From: Nitrospinota bacterium
GTDB lineage: Bacteria > Nitrospinota_A > UBA7883 > JADGGD01
Length of the DNA: 47,186 nt
NCBI GenBank assembly: GCA_015229165.1
Contig: JADGCD010000002.1
Span: forward strand, 1-47,186
Reading direction: 5' to 3'
Positions 46,525-47,186 of the stretch are shown here, piece by piece. The notes under the pieces are model-generated. The model was not told where the DNA came from and made no database searches. It was given only the letters and a program-made list of their open reading frames with translations. A program made the position numbers and the translations under genes. Within the stretch, counting starts at the first letter, position 1; each line of letters opens with the position of its first letter.

Positions 46525-47186
46525 TCAGAATATGATCGGCTGACAACTGTTGAAGATCAGGCCGTTCTCACCGGTGAAGGTGATGATGACATCCGGACAC
46601 TCGGGATAGCCTTGCATTTTGCTGCCGGTGGAATAGAGACCGCTGGTCGTCCCGTCGGCGCCGACCGCCATGATGGTGTAATAGTAGGTCGTCCGGTTGG
46701 TCAGGCCGCTGTGGAGCCAACGGATCGGATCGCCGGGGTTGATGGTGAAGTCTTCGCAGGTGACGCCGCTCTCCCCGGTGGAGGCGAAGGGGCTGGTGGA
46801 CCAGCAGACCCTGAAGGTCGTCTCCGGGCGTTTGTCGGCGCAGACGATGGCGTTGCTGTGACTCCCCGACCGGACGGCGCAACCCGAGAGGGCCGACGGG
46901 GTGGTCCGGGTGAGAAGGAGATTCCACCCCTCCCCGGTGAGGGCCGACGGGGTGACCGCCGGGCGCTGGTAGAGGGAGAAGGTGTGCTCCGTGAACACTT
47001 CGAGATTCATGGCCAACGGCGCCGCGCCGCAGGCGCCGCTGGCGACGATGGCGCCGCTGCCGTCGGTGGCTTCCACGAAATACTCCCACCCCGCCGTGTC
47101 GGCGCAGCCGATCCGCATGCTTCCCTGCGTGTCGCTGGCGCCGGTGTCGTCGCCGGGAGTGAGGGTGAACGAGGGATCGCCAGGGG
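46525..47186 (-). CDS. secreted/cell-surface protein fragment, C-terminal part with an FN3-like beta-rich segment (gene starts beyond the right edge)
   Basis: The frame stays open from 47186 down to the stop at 46525. The track M at 47118 is internal (upstream in frame: ...PGDPSFTLTPGDDTGASDTQGS-MRIG...). It has many Cys residues and the motif LTNRTTYYYTIMAVGADG, which is reminiscent of FN3 domains. Confidence 0.5.
   Translation of the reverse strand, partial: PGDPSFTLTPGDDTGASDTQGSMRIGCADTAGWEYFVEATDGSGAIVASGACGAAPLAMNLEVFTEHTFSLYQRPAVTPSALTGEGWNLLLTRTTPSALSGCAVRSGSHSNAIVCADKRPETTFRVCWSTSPFASTGESGVTCEDFTINPGDPIRWLHSGLTNRTTYYYTIMAVGADGTTSGLYSTGSKMQGYPECPDVIITFTGENGLIFNSCQPIIF

Overview
This is a 47.2-kb high-GC bacterial chromosomal window. 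Sampled core lines are about 65-70% GC. The gene content fits an anaerobic deltaproteobacterium-like (Desulfuromonadales/Geobacter-type) organism, but that taxon is only a guess. Genes in order: (i) a minus-strand complex I locus split into two units, nuoF-nuoG and then nuoABCDHIJKLMN, with no separate nuoE; it is preceded by rplU-rpmA-obg. (ii) A small accessory stretch with a hypothetical membrane protein, a Cys-rich protein, an M23-like lipoprotein, a class-II Fic protein with an unusual AT-rich repeat/palindrome array upstream, comM/yifB, and a clearly low-GC (about 40%) two-gene islet. The islet encodes a stand-alone DUF262 (ParB-fold) protein translationally coupled to a HEPN-motif (RNSIAH) protein, and it is my best candidate for an uncharacterised defence/abortive-infection system. 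(iii) A hypothetical gene coupled to thiD. (iv) A self-contained flagellar hook unit, fliK-flgD-flgE. (v) A 6-kb plus-strand operon combining a ThrC-like enzyme, a CysO-like sulfur carrier with a post-GG tail, a rhodanese-less MoeB/ThiF E1, DsrE/F/H-like and TusA-like relay proteins, CysM, a tandem-NIL protein and an Rrf2 regulator, with structured repeats inside the operon. (vi) A PAS-GGDEF cyclase and an M48/TPR peptidase. (vii) dnaA, with a DnaA box inside its promoter, followed directly by gyrB with no dnaN or recF. (viii) A TIM-barrel isomerase, an Amidase_3 protein, a GerMN protein and murI, chained by overlapping start/stop codons, then a truncated secreted protein at the right edge. 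I saw no rRNA, tRNA, CRISPR array, transposase or integrase. Many long ORFs in the six-frame track are antisense shadow ORFs typical of high-GC DNA, and I rejected them.
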